Shown: piece by piece, positions 1 through 19,196 of the stretch
Layout of the letters: each line of letters begins with the position of its first letter
Position numbering within the stretch: position 1 is the stretch's first letter
Origin: Eledone cirrhosa
Lineage: Eukaryota
Length of the DNA stretch: 64,000 nt
Assembly (NCBI GenBank): GCA_964016885.1
Contig: OZ024743.1
Location: 343,914,001-343,978,000 of the forward strand
Direction of reading: 5' to 3'
Position numbers and translations under genes: made by a program
The notes under the pieces: generated by a model
What the model saw: only the letters and a program-made list of their open reading frames with translations
Databases searched by the model: none
What the model was told of the DNA's origin: nothing

Positions 1-9
1 GCTTTTTGA

Positions 10-137
10 ATCAATTTCCAATCAATTTCCGTCTATGAAATTTCACTCATAATGCATTTACATAAGATGCCATGCAGTGGGATCGAACCCAGGATGTAAT
101 GATTGTGAAGTAAACTTCTTAGCCATTCAGCCCTGCT
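10..137 (-). mobile_element. tRNA-derived SINE 5' fragment
   Basis: Minus strand reads GGCTGAATGGCTAAGAAG (A-box-like)...GGGTTCGATCCCACTGC (B box); resembles the abundant octopus tRNA-SINE head. Confidence 0.7.
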
Positions 138-407
138 GTGTCCCCGGTTAGACAGTATAAAATATCAAATAAACGAAAGTGGATGAAAATCAATTGCGTA
201 TCAAGATGGCAGAAATTAACCACAGTACCAACAAGATCTTTGATACTTTCAAAGTAAATGTAAAATATGAGGCAAACTAAATTTCTCTCTCCCAACCTCT
301 TTCTCATTCTCTTTCTCACACAGTCTGCACATCTGTATGTTGGTATGTTTCTCTCTCTCGTCTTCGTCTCTCTCTCTCGTCTGTAGATTGTTTATAACCG
401 AATTGAA

Positions 408-437
408 ATAATGATGATGGTCTTGTTAAAGATAATA

Positions 438-504
<67 letters not shown>

Positions 505-546
505 TAATACTAATAATAATTAAAATGATAATAAACCATAATGTTA

Positions 547-577
<31 letters not shown>

Positions 578-725
578 CGATGATGATGATGATGATGATG
601 ATGATAATAAACTATAATGACCAACGAGGAGGAGAAGAAGAAGAAGAAGAAGAAGAAGAAGAAGAAGAAGAAGAAGAAGAAGAAGAAGAAGAAGAAGAAG
701 AAGAAGAAGAAGAAGAAGAAGAGAA
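408..725. repeat. Compound trinucleotide microsatellite (AAT)n-(GAT)n-(GAA)n
   Basis: Directly visible runs. Confidence 0.97.
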
Positions 726-1559
726 ATAGAAATAATGGCGTAGCAGATTTCCTGTTAAGTCTATTCGACGGACATTATTAATGAAAGGTATTTTGAAGTA
801 TCGAATCTGAATTTCGATTGATTTGCTCCTGTCAAATTGTTATTGTTATTGTTGTTATTACAACAGTTTCTACTATTGTTGTTGTTTGTTTGTTGTTATA
901 GTTGTTTTAACTGATATGATTGTCTATGTGTGTGTATGTATGTGTGTGTTGATGATGTTGTCGGTGTGGGTGACGGCACCAGCGATGTCGACGGGTAATG
1001 TTGACTGTGATGTATCATCTAAACAATGATGGCTGCCAATAAAAAGAAGAAAAAAAAAAGAAAGAGAAATACACCAGAAGCCAGCCTATCATTCTTATAA
1101 ACTCCCTTCCCCACCAGCTTATTCCAGCTCTCATGCAAACATCTAATACATCGCTTGTTTGGTCGGCAATGATTTCCACCTTTGCTAGTAAGCACTTCCT
1201 GTTTCAGCTTCTTCCATCAAACAATCTCAGAATCTATCACAATTCAAACATCTAATGAATTACTTTGGTTGCGCTCGATGGCATGCAATTGGATTATATC
1301 TTCTCTTCTTCGGACAAAGCGTTTTAATCAGAAAACAAGATAAAGTTTTATTGGCGAAAGCCATAATTTAGATTTGTATCTCTTTCCTTGTTGCATCCTT
1401 CATCAAGCCGGCGTCTTTCGTGTTTCGTTCGTCCTTCTTATTTCGTGTTCGCTACTTGTTTACCATTGTTTAACAATCACTTTTCTCAAGTTTGACTTTT
1501 TATAATATGCTTCTGCTTTACGTGGTCATTATTGGGCAGAAGATTTACGTGATTGATGT

Positions 1560-2360
<801 letters not shown>

Positions 2361-2612
2361 AACATACTCTTAAATAAAAAAAAATTTGAACAAAAATATA
2401 TAAACTTTTCGTAGATTGCCTAAATAAGAAACTACCAGCCAAGCTCTCTTCAGCCCTACCCCACAACAATTGCATGCTTCAATAATAATTCCTTGGTTGA
2501 ATTCGATCACAAGTCCAGTTAGATTACTGTTAATAACATTAAACAAACTTGATATATTGATATATTGGTTGAACAAGCTTCTGATTTGTGTATATTTGAA
2601 CTCAAATTATCA

Positions 2613-3004
2613 ATTACCACCACTATCAGCAGTATATCTACCACTGCCAGCAGCAATACCAGCACCACCACCCCTCCACCACCACTAATATTACACCCAT
2701 CAGCAATTCTCTCTACTATAACCACTAACTACCGCTATTACCACTACTATCAGCAGTATATCTACCACCACCAGCACCAATACCAGCACCACCACCCCTC
2801 CACCACCACCACTAATATTACACCCATCAGCAATTCTCTCTACTATAACCACTAACTACCGCTATTACCACTACTATCAGCAGTATATCTACCACCACCA
2901 GCACCAATACCAGCACCACCACCCCTCCACCACCACCACTAATATTACACCCATCAGCAATTCTCTCTACTATAACCACTAACTACCGCTATTACCACTA
3001 CTAT
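2613..3004. repeat. Tandem repeat, ~124-127-bp unit, about 3 copies, ACC-rich
   Basis: ATTACCAC...CAGCAGTATATCTACCAC...CCATCAGCAATTCTCTCTACTATAACCACTAACTACCGCT starts at 2613, 2737 and 2864, with a partial start at 2991. Confidence 0.92.
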
Positions 3005-3495
3005 CCACACTAACACTGCTTCCGAATCTTCAATACTGACGTTTTCATAACCACTACCTCTATCTGTTGCAAAAATTAACTCCTATTGTAGACACCATCA
3101 CCACCACCACCACCACCACCACCACTAGCTGGAAATTAGGTGCAATAGGTGGGACCTTCGAGATTCAATGTTCTAATAGGTACCAGTCACGAATAGGGAA
3201 GAAGGCAGAAAATACAGGACTAAATGCCAATGGATACAGCAACACTGCCAAGTCTCCTCTTCTGGAGGGTTACCTATGGAGCTGGGTCCCTGCCTTAATT
3301 ACATGCTGTTATCCTCTCGCATAGTGATTTCCATTTGTGTCCCTAACAAACATTGCACTGGGCAAGGATAGATGAAATAATAAGCAGCACATCAAAATAA
3401 TGTGTTATTTTCAGACCGAAGTTTTTCTCGCATCATAATGGACCCTCATAAAACCCTCAAAACAGTAACAGATTAAGTTTATGTCTTCATTCTGG

Positions 3496-3592
3496 ACGCA
3501 GCATTGCCGAATGGTTAAGATGCTCTCTTCGTAATCATTAGCTCCTCTGTTCGATCCCACAGCGTAGAATCTTGGGCAAGTACCATTTACCA
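3496..3592 (+). mobile_element. Degenerate tRNA-derived SINE head
   Basis: TGCCGAATGGTTAAG (A box) and GTTCGATCCC (B box), followed by TCTTGGGCAAG. Confidence 0.5.
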
Positions 3593-3860
3593 TAGCCACA
3601 GATCACCTCATATATTTTAAGAGAACATTTACACATTTAAGAGTCGGAACGAAGGTTACGGCCGTGTTAAATAAACATAGTTTCATCGTCGCTGTGAAAA
3701 AAATAGATTTTATTGTCAAAACTAGGCACTTTCAGCACATTGTGTGAGAACGAACTGATTTCGATTAGTTACAACTTTCATTAAAGACATTATCAGACTC
3801 AGTCACTCCTGCTATCTGTGATATACATATATATATACACACACACATATATATATATAT

Positions 3861-4161
3861 ATGACGATAGCTAATAAGCTTGAAACTAGTACAGCGTTCC
3901 TTTGTCAGTGTTGAACAAACGAGCAGCGATGGTTGCTAGACACTACGGCTTAATACGGGATGTTTGTTTACAAACACACCGAGCATTATAATAAATGTTC
4001 GGTGAATCCATACGTACATATATATATGTGTGCATGTATGTATATATATATACATACTACTGTACGTCTGTATACATATATGTATGTACGTGTACATACT
4101 TATATTTAAGTAACGGCCGTACTAAGAATGGGAAATGAAATTTCGTTTCATTTTTTCCGTT

Positions 4162-4162
<1 letters not shown>
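3861..4162 (+). mobile_element. HHR-bearing PLE/retrozyme-like terminal fragment (family P9)
   Basis: Reverse-complement homologue of 35561-35855. Begins at TGACGA-TAGCTAATAAGCTT-GAAA-CTAGTA; flanked by (TA)n. Confidence 0.7.
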
Positions 4163-4212
<50 letters not shown>

Positions 4213-4248
4213 TGAGAAAGACAAAGAGAGAGAGAGAGAGAGATAGAC

Positions 4249-4299
<51 letters not shown>

Positions 4300-4406
4300 C
4301 ACGAGGGGTAGTGATGATTTGATATAGATAATATAAGTGTGATGAGATTAGGCACGACCATACATGCAATGTCGCTGTATCGATACTCCGTATAAGTAAT
4401 AAATGA

Positions 4407-4626
4407 TTTCTAGTATTGGCACAAGGCTAGTCATTTGGGTGGAGGGGAAAGTCGATTAGATCGATCCCAGTACCTTACTGGTGCTTTATTTTATCGACCC
4501 CGTAAGGATGAAAGGCAAAGTTAACCTCGGCGGGATTTGAACTCAGACCGTAAAGGACCGTAACTCTATGCTTTATGCTACAAAGCATGGTGTCCGACTC
4601 TCTACCGATACTGCCAATCCACCGCA
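4407..4626 (-). mobile_element. SINE family A (tRNA head)
   Basis: Minus strand: TGGCAGTATCGGTAGAG...TCTGAGTTCAAATCCCGCCGAGG...GCCTTTCATCCTTACGGGGTCGATAAAATAAAG; more than 12 copies in the window. Confidence 0.9.
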
Positions 4627-4725
4627 TAAGTAATAATTATGGCTAAACTTTGCAGTTTAAAAGTAACGCGTACATTATCTAGTAAAAGTAATGCATACAT
4701 TATCTAGTAAAAGTAATGCATACAT

Positions 4726-4800
4726 ACGGGGTCGATAAAATAAAGTACCAGTAATGCACTGGGTAATTGCTGGCTTTGTGCCTAAAGTAGAAACAATTAT
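4726..4800 (+). mobile_element. SINE family A 3' fragment, inverted relative to 4407-4626
   Basis: TACGGGGTCGATAAAATAAAGTACCAGTAATGCACTGGGTAATTGCTGG. Confidence 0.85.
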
Positions 4801-4850
4801 CTATATATAACGATCGTTGCAGTCTTTCAGCGCTCAAGGTGAATAAGCAA

Positions 4851-4892
4851 GTCCTGACGATGGCTTTAACTAAAGTTGAAATAAAGGAATAG
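4851..4892 (+). ncRNA. Degenerate hammerhead-like motif in a TA-flanked remnant
   Basis: CTGACGA-T-GGCTTT-AACT-AAAGTT-GAAA; stems I and III are not recoverable. Confidence 0.35.
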
Positions 4893-5029
4893 TTAACTCG
4901 ATCTTGTTCCCTGGCAGCTAAGCGTAATATGGTTTAACCATGGAGCCTATGTTTTACGTGGAGATAAAAAATAACAACATAAACTTGGTTACAATTTCAT
5001 ATACGCCATGTAGACGCTCTTATTATTTT

Positions 5030-9350
<4,321 letters not shown>

Positions 9351-9785
9351 AAAAGCAAGATATTAGTTGATCCATTTTTCGTGTAAGATAGGAAAACATA
9401 TTCATTTCTTTTTCGTTTCTGAAAATGATCATTCTTCCCGCCCACCTGTCCCATTTTTTCTTTATGCGAAGATAGGACTCAAGATGTTATGTTCTTTAAA
9501 ACTATTTTTTGATGTCATATATACGTAAATAAGACTGTTATTGCTATTTTACTGACACCACATCCATAGACAAACCCGTTTCTGTACCTTGTACCTCTTC
9601 AGCAATAGAGGAGTTATTTCTCTCTAACACTAGAAACACTTAAATTGTGTGACTCTACATTAATTTTCACTTCGTCTGTATTTCGGACCTGGTGTACGTG
9701 TTTATGTTTCAGGAGTACGCACTCACACTGAAGCAATTTAATTTAACGTCTGTTATCCCCCCCCCAGTCATACACACACATATAA

Positions 9786-9845
9786 ACTCTTTTACCAGTT
9801 CCAGCCACCCGGCTGAGGCCATGCTGGGGCACCGCCCTTTAAAAG
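9786..9845 (-). mobile_element. SINE-like 3' fragment (family C)
   Basis: ACTCTTTTAC...CCAGCCA.CCGGCTGAGGCCATGCTGGGGCACC; reverse-complement copy at ~21996-22056. Confidence 0.65.
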
Positions 9846-10029
9846 GGAAAAAGATCCCATAACTCCTTGTGTAGTGGTAGAGTCAGAATCACACGGCGTG
9901 TGTCTAGGTCACATTTTAACCTGGCGGAGTCCAACCCTGTCCAGGTCTGAACTCAGCGATTATTTCTATTGTGGAAGAATCGACTCCAATACTGGACTGG
10001 TACTTTTTTTTTATCGAAAGGTGGGATTT

Positions 10030-10069
<40 letters not shown>

Positions 10070-10139
10070 TGTGTGTGTGTGTTGTGTGTTGTGTGTTGTC
10101 TGTGTGTGTGTGTGTGTTTATATATATACATACACACAT

Positions 10140-10181
<42 letters not shown>

Positions 10182-10623
10182 CTGAATTATATTTTACTCC
10201 CTATTCTTAAGACTGAAAAGAAAAAAAATTGCAAACATTTTTTGTACAATGGAGTAGGATTAATTAGTTCACCAAAATATGAAATGTATAAACACCACAA
10301 CTATAACATCGTCAGTTACTGACTTCAAGAAATAAAACCAGGTAAGAAACGAAATGCTATTCATATGCCTTTCTTCCCACATGAAAAATGGATGCGCCAA
10401 TAAGTAAGGTGCTTATATAGTGAATTATAAATTTGTCCCTCTCAAGAATGAGAGGCTTTCATTCGCATAACGTTGGTCATGGCGTGGTGGGCAAAAAGAA
10501 GTTGGTCCAGAAATTACATAAGATCAACTGTACGTAACCCATTTGTTCATTTGGAAAGTACATACACACAAGCAAGAATATGGCAACTGCTAAAAAGTAA
10601 AGGCTAATGATAGGAAATTTACA

Positions 10624-10728
<105 letters not shown>

Positions 10729-11033
10729 TGCACGCACGCACACACACACACACATACCCCCCCACATACACACATATTGTATTTACAGTTTGACTTACTC
10801 GAGTATTGCCAGTGGTTAGATGAAAACACGTATAACTCTTCAGATGCGTTCTGTGTAAATGCCGAAATAAGAAGTGGCTGCAGAGCATGTTACAAAGGTC
10901 CACAATCAGATCACGTGGTGGTCTTCAGTGGTCAGCAACACTTTTTTTCTTGGTTGTTGACAGAATATATATATATATACGATCCAGTAACGATTCTCTC
11001 AATACACCACCCTTAGCTTATTTATTTATAAAG

Positions 11034-12320
11034 GTTTCTGATTTAGGCACAAAGCCAACAATTTTGGAGTAGGAGGAAATCGATTAAATCGACCCTAGTG
11101 CATTGCTGGTACTTTATTATATCGACCCCGTAAGGATGAAAGGCAAAGCTAACCTCGGTGGGATTTGAACTCAGAATATAAAGGGCCATAAATCTATGTC
11201 GCACAACATATTACCCGATGCTCTACCGACACTGCCAATCCACCACTCTATTTATTCATAATAACAGCCATAGTATAACGATGGTATTTGAACACAGAAA
11301 GAGCCGGAAAAAATACTGCAAGACATTTGGTCTGACGCTCCAAAGATCCTGCTACATCATACTTCTAATAATTATTTCTAACATAGATTCAAGGCCAGAA
11401 ATTTGATGTGAGGGGTATTGTCGATTAAATCGAAAGTTGACATGGACAGGATTTGATATCAGAACATAAAAAACCGGAAGAAATGTAGCTCTAACGTTAC
11501 TAATAATTGTTTCTACTTTAGGCACAAGGCCAGCAATTACCCAGTTCATTACTGGTACTTTATTTTATCGACCCCGTAAGGATGAAAGGCAAAGTCAACC
11601 TCGGCGGGATTTGAACTCAGATCGTAAAGGGACGTAACTATGCTGGAAAGCATGGCGTCCGACCCTCTACCGATACTGCCAATCCACCGCACTAATGATG
11701 GTTTCTGATTTAGGCACAAGGCCAACAATTTTGAGGGAAAGGGCAAGTCGATTAAATCGACCCCCAGTGCATTACTGGTGTTTTATTTTATCGATCCCGC
11801 AAGGATGAAAGGTAAAGCTAACGCCAGCGGGATTTGAACTCAGAACATAAAAAGGCCGTAACTCTATGCTGCAAAGCTGCAAAGCATGGTGTCCGATGCT
11901 CTACCGATTCTGCCAATCCACCGCCCTGCTAATGATACTAAGTAATTTTTTTCTACTTTTGGCACAAGGCCAGCAATTATCTCAGTACATTACTGGTACT
12001 TTATTTTATCGACCCCGTAAGGATGAAAGGCAAAGTTAACCTCGGCGGGATTTGAACTCAGATCGTAAAGAGGCATAACTCTATGTTGCAAAGCTAGGCG
12101 TCCTACCCTTTACAGATACCGGCATATGAATAATAATTGTTTCTACTTTTGGCACAAGGCCAGCAATTACCCAGTACATTACTGGTACTTTATTTTATCG
12201 ACCCCGTAAGGATGAAAGGCAAAGTTAACCTCGGCGGGATTTGAACTCAGAATGGAAAGGGCCGTAACTCTATACGTCAAAGCATGACGTCCGACCCTGT
12301 ACCGATACTGCCAATCCACC
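11034..12320 (-). mobile_element. Tandem cluster of 5-6 SINE family A copies
   Basis: Copies at ~11034-11245, 11380-11480 (degenerate), 11505-11692, 11700-11925, 11950-12120 and 12135-12320, all in the same orientation. Confidence 0.92.
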
Positions 12321-12459
12321 AATAAGAAGATGAAGAAGATTAGACGAAGGAAGGTAACGAATTTGTTGATGTTGAGGTTCTTGTTATGGTTCACATTTAT
12401 GCAAATTTCGCCAGCATACTATGATGTTGCATCTTATAAGAGGCTTCTAGGGTGTCTTA

Positions 12460-13080
12460 ATCATAAAGCAAAATAAGAATAAAGGTAAACGAAGAATAAG
12501 GAAAATATAAAGGAAAAAATTAATAATTAGAAATAATTAGAAACAAGAAAACTAGGAAGACGAACAGTAAGAGGAAATAACGAAAACAGAAGAAAATAAA
12601 TTAATAAAAAATGTAAGAGGAAAAATATTGGGAAGAGAAGAGATAAAAAGATGAAGTTAATAAAGAAAGAATAAGAGAGAAAAACGAAAGAAATAATGAG
12701 AGAAAAAGTGGCATAAAGGGAAAAAAGAGGAGAATGGAAAGAAAAAGAAAAGGGGAAACGAAAGAAAATAAATGAAAGAAGGAAAGAAAGACAAATGAGG
12801 TGAAGTAAAAGACGAAGAAGAAGAAAGAGATGAAAAAGAAGAAAAAAAGGAAAAAGAAGATAAGACACGAAGAAGAAAGAAAGAGAAACAAGAAAAAGAA
12901 CAGCGAAGGAAGAGAAGAAAAAGAAGAAAAAGAGAAAGAACAAGATAGATGTGGGACTGCTTCTTCTTCTTCTTCTTCTTCTTCTTCTTCTTCTTCTTCT
13001 TCTTCTTCTTCTTCTTCTTCTTCTTCTTCTTCTTCTTCTTCTTCTTCTTCTTCTTCTTCTTCTTCTTCTTCTTCTTCTTT
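12460..13080. repeat. Purine-rich low-complexity tract followed by about 40 TTC units
   Basis: Directly visible; TTC run at 12960-13079. Confidence 0.93.
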
Positions 13081-13260
13081 CGAAACAAAAGAAAGACAAA
13101 ACAAAACCAAATCAAGATCAAATATAAAAATAAAGACGAAATTATAGAGAAAATACTTTAACATAATAAAAATATATTACACGTCTATATAAATGAGCAT
13201 ATACATGTATATAGACACACGTACACATACATAAACATGATATATATATATATATATACA

Positions 13261-13316
<56 letters not shown>

Positions 13317-13407
13317 GTATATATGTGTATATATATATGTATATATATGTATATATATATATATGGGATAACTTTTTGTACAGCCGACCATGTTATTCTT
13401 CAATCTT

Positions 13408-13453
<46 letters not shown>

Positions 13454-13487
13454 TGATTACATATATATATATACATACATATACATA

Positions 13488-13569
<82 letters not shown>

Positions 13570-13622
13570 TAAATATATATACATGTACATAAACATACAC
13601 ACACACACACACACATATTATA

Positions 13623-13695
<73 letters not shown>

Positions 13696-13977
13696 ATACG
13701 TACACATATATAATATATATGACGTTAGCTTAACAACGGATTGTGTTTTTTTGTAACAGTAAAAAGACATGTCTACTGATGCTAACCATTGTCGTAAATC
13801 TGCTAATGATCTAGTTTATTTCAACTATGGTTGTTGTTATAATTTTCTTTCTTGGTTTACAACCGTGGTGTAGGCGAGAACTTAATAGTAATTTCAGTAA
13901 TCATTTTTGTCTTGATCATTATCCTGCCTTGTCTAATATATTGCAACATATAATTATTGTTGTTTCCATAATAATCG

Positions 13978-14157
13978 TTTCTACTTTTCGCACAAGGCCA
14001 GCAATTAACCCAGTGCATAACTGGTACGTTATTTTATCGGATCCCGTAAGGATGAAAGGCAAAGTTAACCTCGTCGGGATTTGAACTCAGACCGGAGCAG
14101 GGCGTAACTCTATGCTGCAAAGCATGGCGTCCGACCCTCTACAGATACAGCCAATCC
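13978..14157 (-). mobile_element. SINE family A
   Basis: Matches the family consensus. Confidence 0.88.
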
Positions 14158-14325
14158 ATGAGTATGCTCTGAAATATATGTTTCTATCTAATTGTGCGTT
14201 TATGGAACAACTACATCGAGATGATTTATTAAGTTGAGCCAACTTATACAGCTTCATATACAAATGAGATTAATCACCTCATTTACACAGACGAAAAAAC
14301 TATTTATTTTCGTCTGTTTTTAAAG

Positions 14326-14452
14326 TCCGTCAGTTGCAAGAGCGGGAGAGATCGTCCCGACGAGGACCAGTTGAGTTCGAAATGCATCGACTATTGTCCC
14401 CTTTGCTTCTACCGAGCACCGCTTGGTAGCGTTAGCTGGCAGTTTTTCATAG
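14326..14452 (+). other. Candidate internal coding exon
   Basis: Pyrimidine tract plus AAAG acceptor and AG|GTATGA donor; one open frame (SVSCKSGRDRPDEDQLSSKCIDYCPLCFYRAPLGSVSWQFFI); GC-rich unique island. Confidence 0.25.
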
Positions 14453-14500
14453 GTATGACTTTCTAAATATTTATTTAGAAATACAAAATTCAAACACACG

Positions 14501-14670
<170 letters not shown>

Positions 14671-14671
14671 C

Positions 14672-14897
14672 CCTTCGCTCACGAATGACCATAGGATTTG
14701 CACCTATAAAGTTCCCGCCTGTGGAACTGTTTAGGTGCAAATCCTATGGTCATTCGTGAGCGAAGGTTGTTTTTGTGGAAGACGAGCCGTCACCCATGCA
14801 TATCAGTCTCCCCCTCCAAAGGAAAGGCAATGTCCGATACTGTTTGGTACTAGTGACGTTGCAGCTCATTTATACAGCTGAGTAAACTGGGGCAAGC
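14672..14897 (-). mobile_element. SINE family B 3' part with fold-back hairpin (14672-14766)
   Basis: CTCATTT.TACAGCTGAGTAAACTGG is shared with 33468-33493; perfect ~35-bp inverted arms at the SINE tail. Confidence 0.65.
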
Positions 14898-15292
14898 CAA
14901 TTGCTCTAATCACGAACCCATACCTCTCTGTATCCACAATACGATGCAACTCCTAGATAGCATTGTAGTCTTCAGGGATAACCAGAAAATACATGTCCAT
15001 GCAAACACCACCCAAACATATTTCTGCATGTATTTTCCCGCTCAGCACATGATTATACCGTGCCGCAAAGATGACGACGAGCTAATAGATCACGCCATTC
15101 CTATGGGAAGTTACTTTTGAATGTGTTTTCTTTTAGTCTTAAGGGACAGGTTAAGGTGCCGTTGATACATCGTCATTCCCGACAATATTGTTTTCTAAAT
15201 GGACTGAAATTTGTATGTAGGGATTTGCATACTTAAATAAGAACAAACTTCACGCGCGTCTAAACACACGCCCCCCCCCCCCCACACACGCG

Positions 15293-15323
<31 letters not shown>

Positions 15324-15698
15324 ACACACACACACACCTGTATGCTTGTGTGTTTATGTGCTGAGATAAGTATGTGTAGGTGTACATGTACGGGTGTACA
15401 TGTATATTCGTGTGAATAAATATGTTTTAGCATATTTTTCTATTTGAAGACATATATGTGCACGCACACGGTCACTCGCACATACACTCATGGACGCATA
15501 CGTACACATGCACACACACACCCACCCACACCCACACCCACACACATACCCCCACATATATAAATATACACATTCACCAACATACATACGAGATACTCTA
15601 GCTACGTATTTGTATGTATACTTTTGACAATTATGTATATATGTATATTCAAAATATATATACATAAAGATATGCATGTACACACACACCTATATATA

Positions 15699-15775
<77 letters not shown>

Positions 15776-15831
15776 AAAATATATATATATATATACTGAG
15801 TGTGTGAATATATACGAAAATATATATATAA

Positions 15832-15973
<142 letters not shown>

Positions 15974-16736
15974 GTGTATACACATATATATATATTCATA
16001 TATATATATTCATATATATTCACACACTCACAAGTTCTGTAATCTGAAAGTCGCCAACCGTTTCGCAGCTCGATGAATAATTTAAAGAACAATCTATCTT
16101 AGAAAAGCGCAAGTATTTTACTGGAAATTAACTATATATTAATCATAGCCACAAAGTAGCCTATTGGCCACTTGCCGTCTGATTTGTCTTATGATTAATC
16201 ATAAATGTACGACACACACTAACCAGTAATAACATCGAATTACTTCCCTTTGAAACCAAGACTCTAACGCATACAAAACGAAAACGAAACGATATGTTTG
16301 AAAAATAAAAGGAGAAAACAGCAATAAGCTTGAATAATTAAAACAGATGATTTATCAGGGTGGTGTGGGGTGTGAAAAGGTGGAGGCTTAGTATTGAAGA
16401 TGGTTATGGAGGTGGTAGCAATGTATATAGAAGTGTAGTGGTTGCTGGTAGTGTTGATGCTGGAGGTGATGATGGAGATGGTGGCTAGTGATGGTGCTGG
16501 AATGGAGAAGTGTAAGGGGGAGATTACAAATATTTTGTTTTTGTTGGTATATATATATATGAAGGATAACAAAATATCGTTATAGGTAATCCATATATAT
16601 ATATATATATATACTTACAGATGTATACATACATACACATGTATTTATACATAAATACACTCACATACATATATATATCGGGATAAACTCTAATATATAT
16701 ATATTATATATGTGCACATACTCTCTCTCCCTCCCC

Positions 16737-16794
<58 letters not shown>

Positions 16795-17047
16795 CATGAA
16801 GCATGCATATGAGCATATTTATATATTTGTGTAAATATTTCCAGAGAGCATATATGTAGGTACGTACTTATGTATGTACGTATATATGTATGTGTGTGTA
16901 TGTGTAAGTATGCATGTATGTATGCACGTGTATAAATATATATATATATATATATATAGATATATAGATATATAGATATAGATATATGTATGCATATATA
17001 ATGCATACACATATATAATGGGATTTATTCACAAAAGAGATGAATGA

Positions 17048-17165
<118 letters not shown>

Positions 17166-17499
17166 TTATATATATACTCAGTCCCACTTATACACGTATA
17201 GAGTTGAATACGGTTGCACAGACGCATGCATTTACACGAACAGCAATATGGGGAAGTTGGTGTGTGGGTGTTTATTTATTTACTGAACAATTTGTCTTTA
17301 TTTCTGTAGTTATGTATTTATTTACGAATTTATAACTATACAAACACGCGCCCACGCCTTCTCTCTCACACACAGACACACACACAAACATACACACACA
17401 TACACTCACACACACTCACACACATTCACACACATTCATATATTCATGCATATACATATGCAGTTATAAATGTTTGTTTATATGAATATATATATATAT

Positions 17500-19039
17500 A
17501 TATTGTTATACTTTGGGAGGGTCATGTTGCCAATAAGAAACACACGCACCAGTTGCTTTCACTCCAATTTATTATAAATTAAATTTATAAATTTAAGAAT
17601 TTATAAATTTCCGGTTGGTTGGTCCCATAACCGGACGGTTGTTTATATATTGTCAAAGTTCTTTCGTCACACATTCTGTGACCTCTTCAGTAACTGCGGA
17701 TTCTTTTCTTTGTTTTTTGTGCCTCTCCTTTGTTCTGTCCTACGCCATCTTGTTTTGTGTGTGTGTTGTGTGCTTAGTTTGCGCATGTGTTACATCCAGG
17801 TGTCTGTGTGTGTTTATATTTGTTTATTTATTTGTTTATTTACATGTTACTGGTTGGTTGTTTCATCCACCGTATGCAGTTCTCTGGTTACAATCAGAGA
17901 GATAAAATCAGTGTATATAGAGGAGCCAGAACCAAATGGGAAAAAATGGTAAATAATGATACAAATGGGACCTGCCCCTTGTATAGGAGCAAATTTTGGA
18001 ATAGAATAGAAAGAACTAGCAATAAGGTTAATAGAATAAACTCATGGTATGATAGCAATAGATACCAGAGTGTAATGTTCATCATACAACCCATAGAGGT
18101 GAATTAGCTTACAAATTTAGAAGGGCCCTAGATAAACATAAAATTAATATTAAGATAGTAGAAAGACCAGGTACCTCCATAAAAACACTTATTAGCAATA
18201 CATACCCTTTTTCAAAGACCTCCCTGTATAGATAAGAAATGCATAATATGTAAACTAAGCCCCCATATTAACTGTAAAACTAGAAATGTAGTATATAGCA
18301 TAATATGTACTGAAGGACAATGCAAAGATAAGAATATAGTGTACATAGGTGAGACATCTCGTAGTATAGGAGAACGGTTAAATGAACACTGGCGAGAACT
18401 TCAAGATAAAAAAGAATCATCAATACTCCACCAACATGCTAAAATAGAACATAAGGGCAAATTAGAGAACATAGAAATAAAAATAGAATCTACACACAGA
18501 AAAGACGCAATGCTTAGACAAATCACAGAGGCAATAAACATAAATGAACTCCAACCAAAATTAAATAGAAAACATGAATGGAATAGCAACATCACAACTT
18601 ACAATTAAGGACAAAATGAAAATACACACACACATAGAACAATCAACCAACCAGTAACATGTAAATAAACAAATATAAACACACACAGGCACCCGGATAT
18701 AACACATGCGCAAACTAAGCACGCAACACACACAAAGGCGTAGGACAGAACAAAGGAAAGGCACAAAAACAAAGAAAAGAATCCCCAGTCACTGAAGAGG
18801 TCACACAATTTGTGACGAAAGAACTTTGAGAATATTGAACAACCGTCCGGTTATAGAACCAGCCAACCAACCGGAAATTTATAAATTCTTAAATTTATAA
18901 ATTGAATTTATAATAAATTGGAGTGAAAGCAACTGGTGCGTGTGTTTCTTATTGGCAACATGACCCTCCCAAAGTATAACAATATCGGTTTCAACACACG
19001 TTTTCAGATAAAGAATCTTGCTAAACAAATTCAGAAACG

Positions 19040-19041
<2 letters not shown>
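17500..19041 (+). mobile_element. Penelope-like element family P1, copy A (5'-truncated, inverted terminal segment)
   Basis: 17500-17860 is the reverse complement of ~18640-18983; the body encodes a linker plus GIY-YIG; (TA)n on both sides. Confidence 0.9.
17865..18608 (+). pseudogene. Frameshifted PLE linker plus GIY-YIG endonuclease
   Basis: CIIC...NCKTRNVVYSIICTEGQC...VYIGETSRSIGERLNEH...LHQH...RQITEAININELQPKLN shows the GIY-YIG VVY/YIG motifs and the R, E, N catalytic residues. Confidence 0.9.
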
Positions 19042-19134
<93 letters not shown>

Positions 19135-19196
19135 TATATACATATGCAGTTATAAATGCTTGTTTATATGAATATATATACACATATATGGAATAG

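Noticed and set aside
740-775. LRR-like VRRIDLTGNLL on the minus strand
   Set aside because: A single isolated motif running into a TTC repeat, with no convincing splice context.
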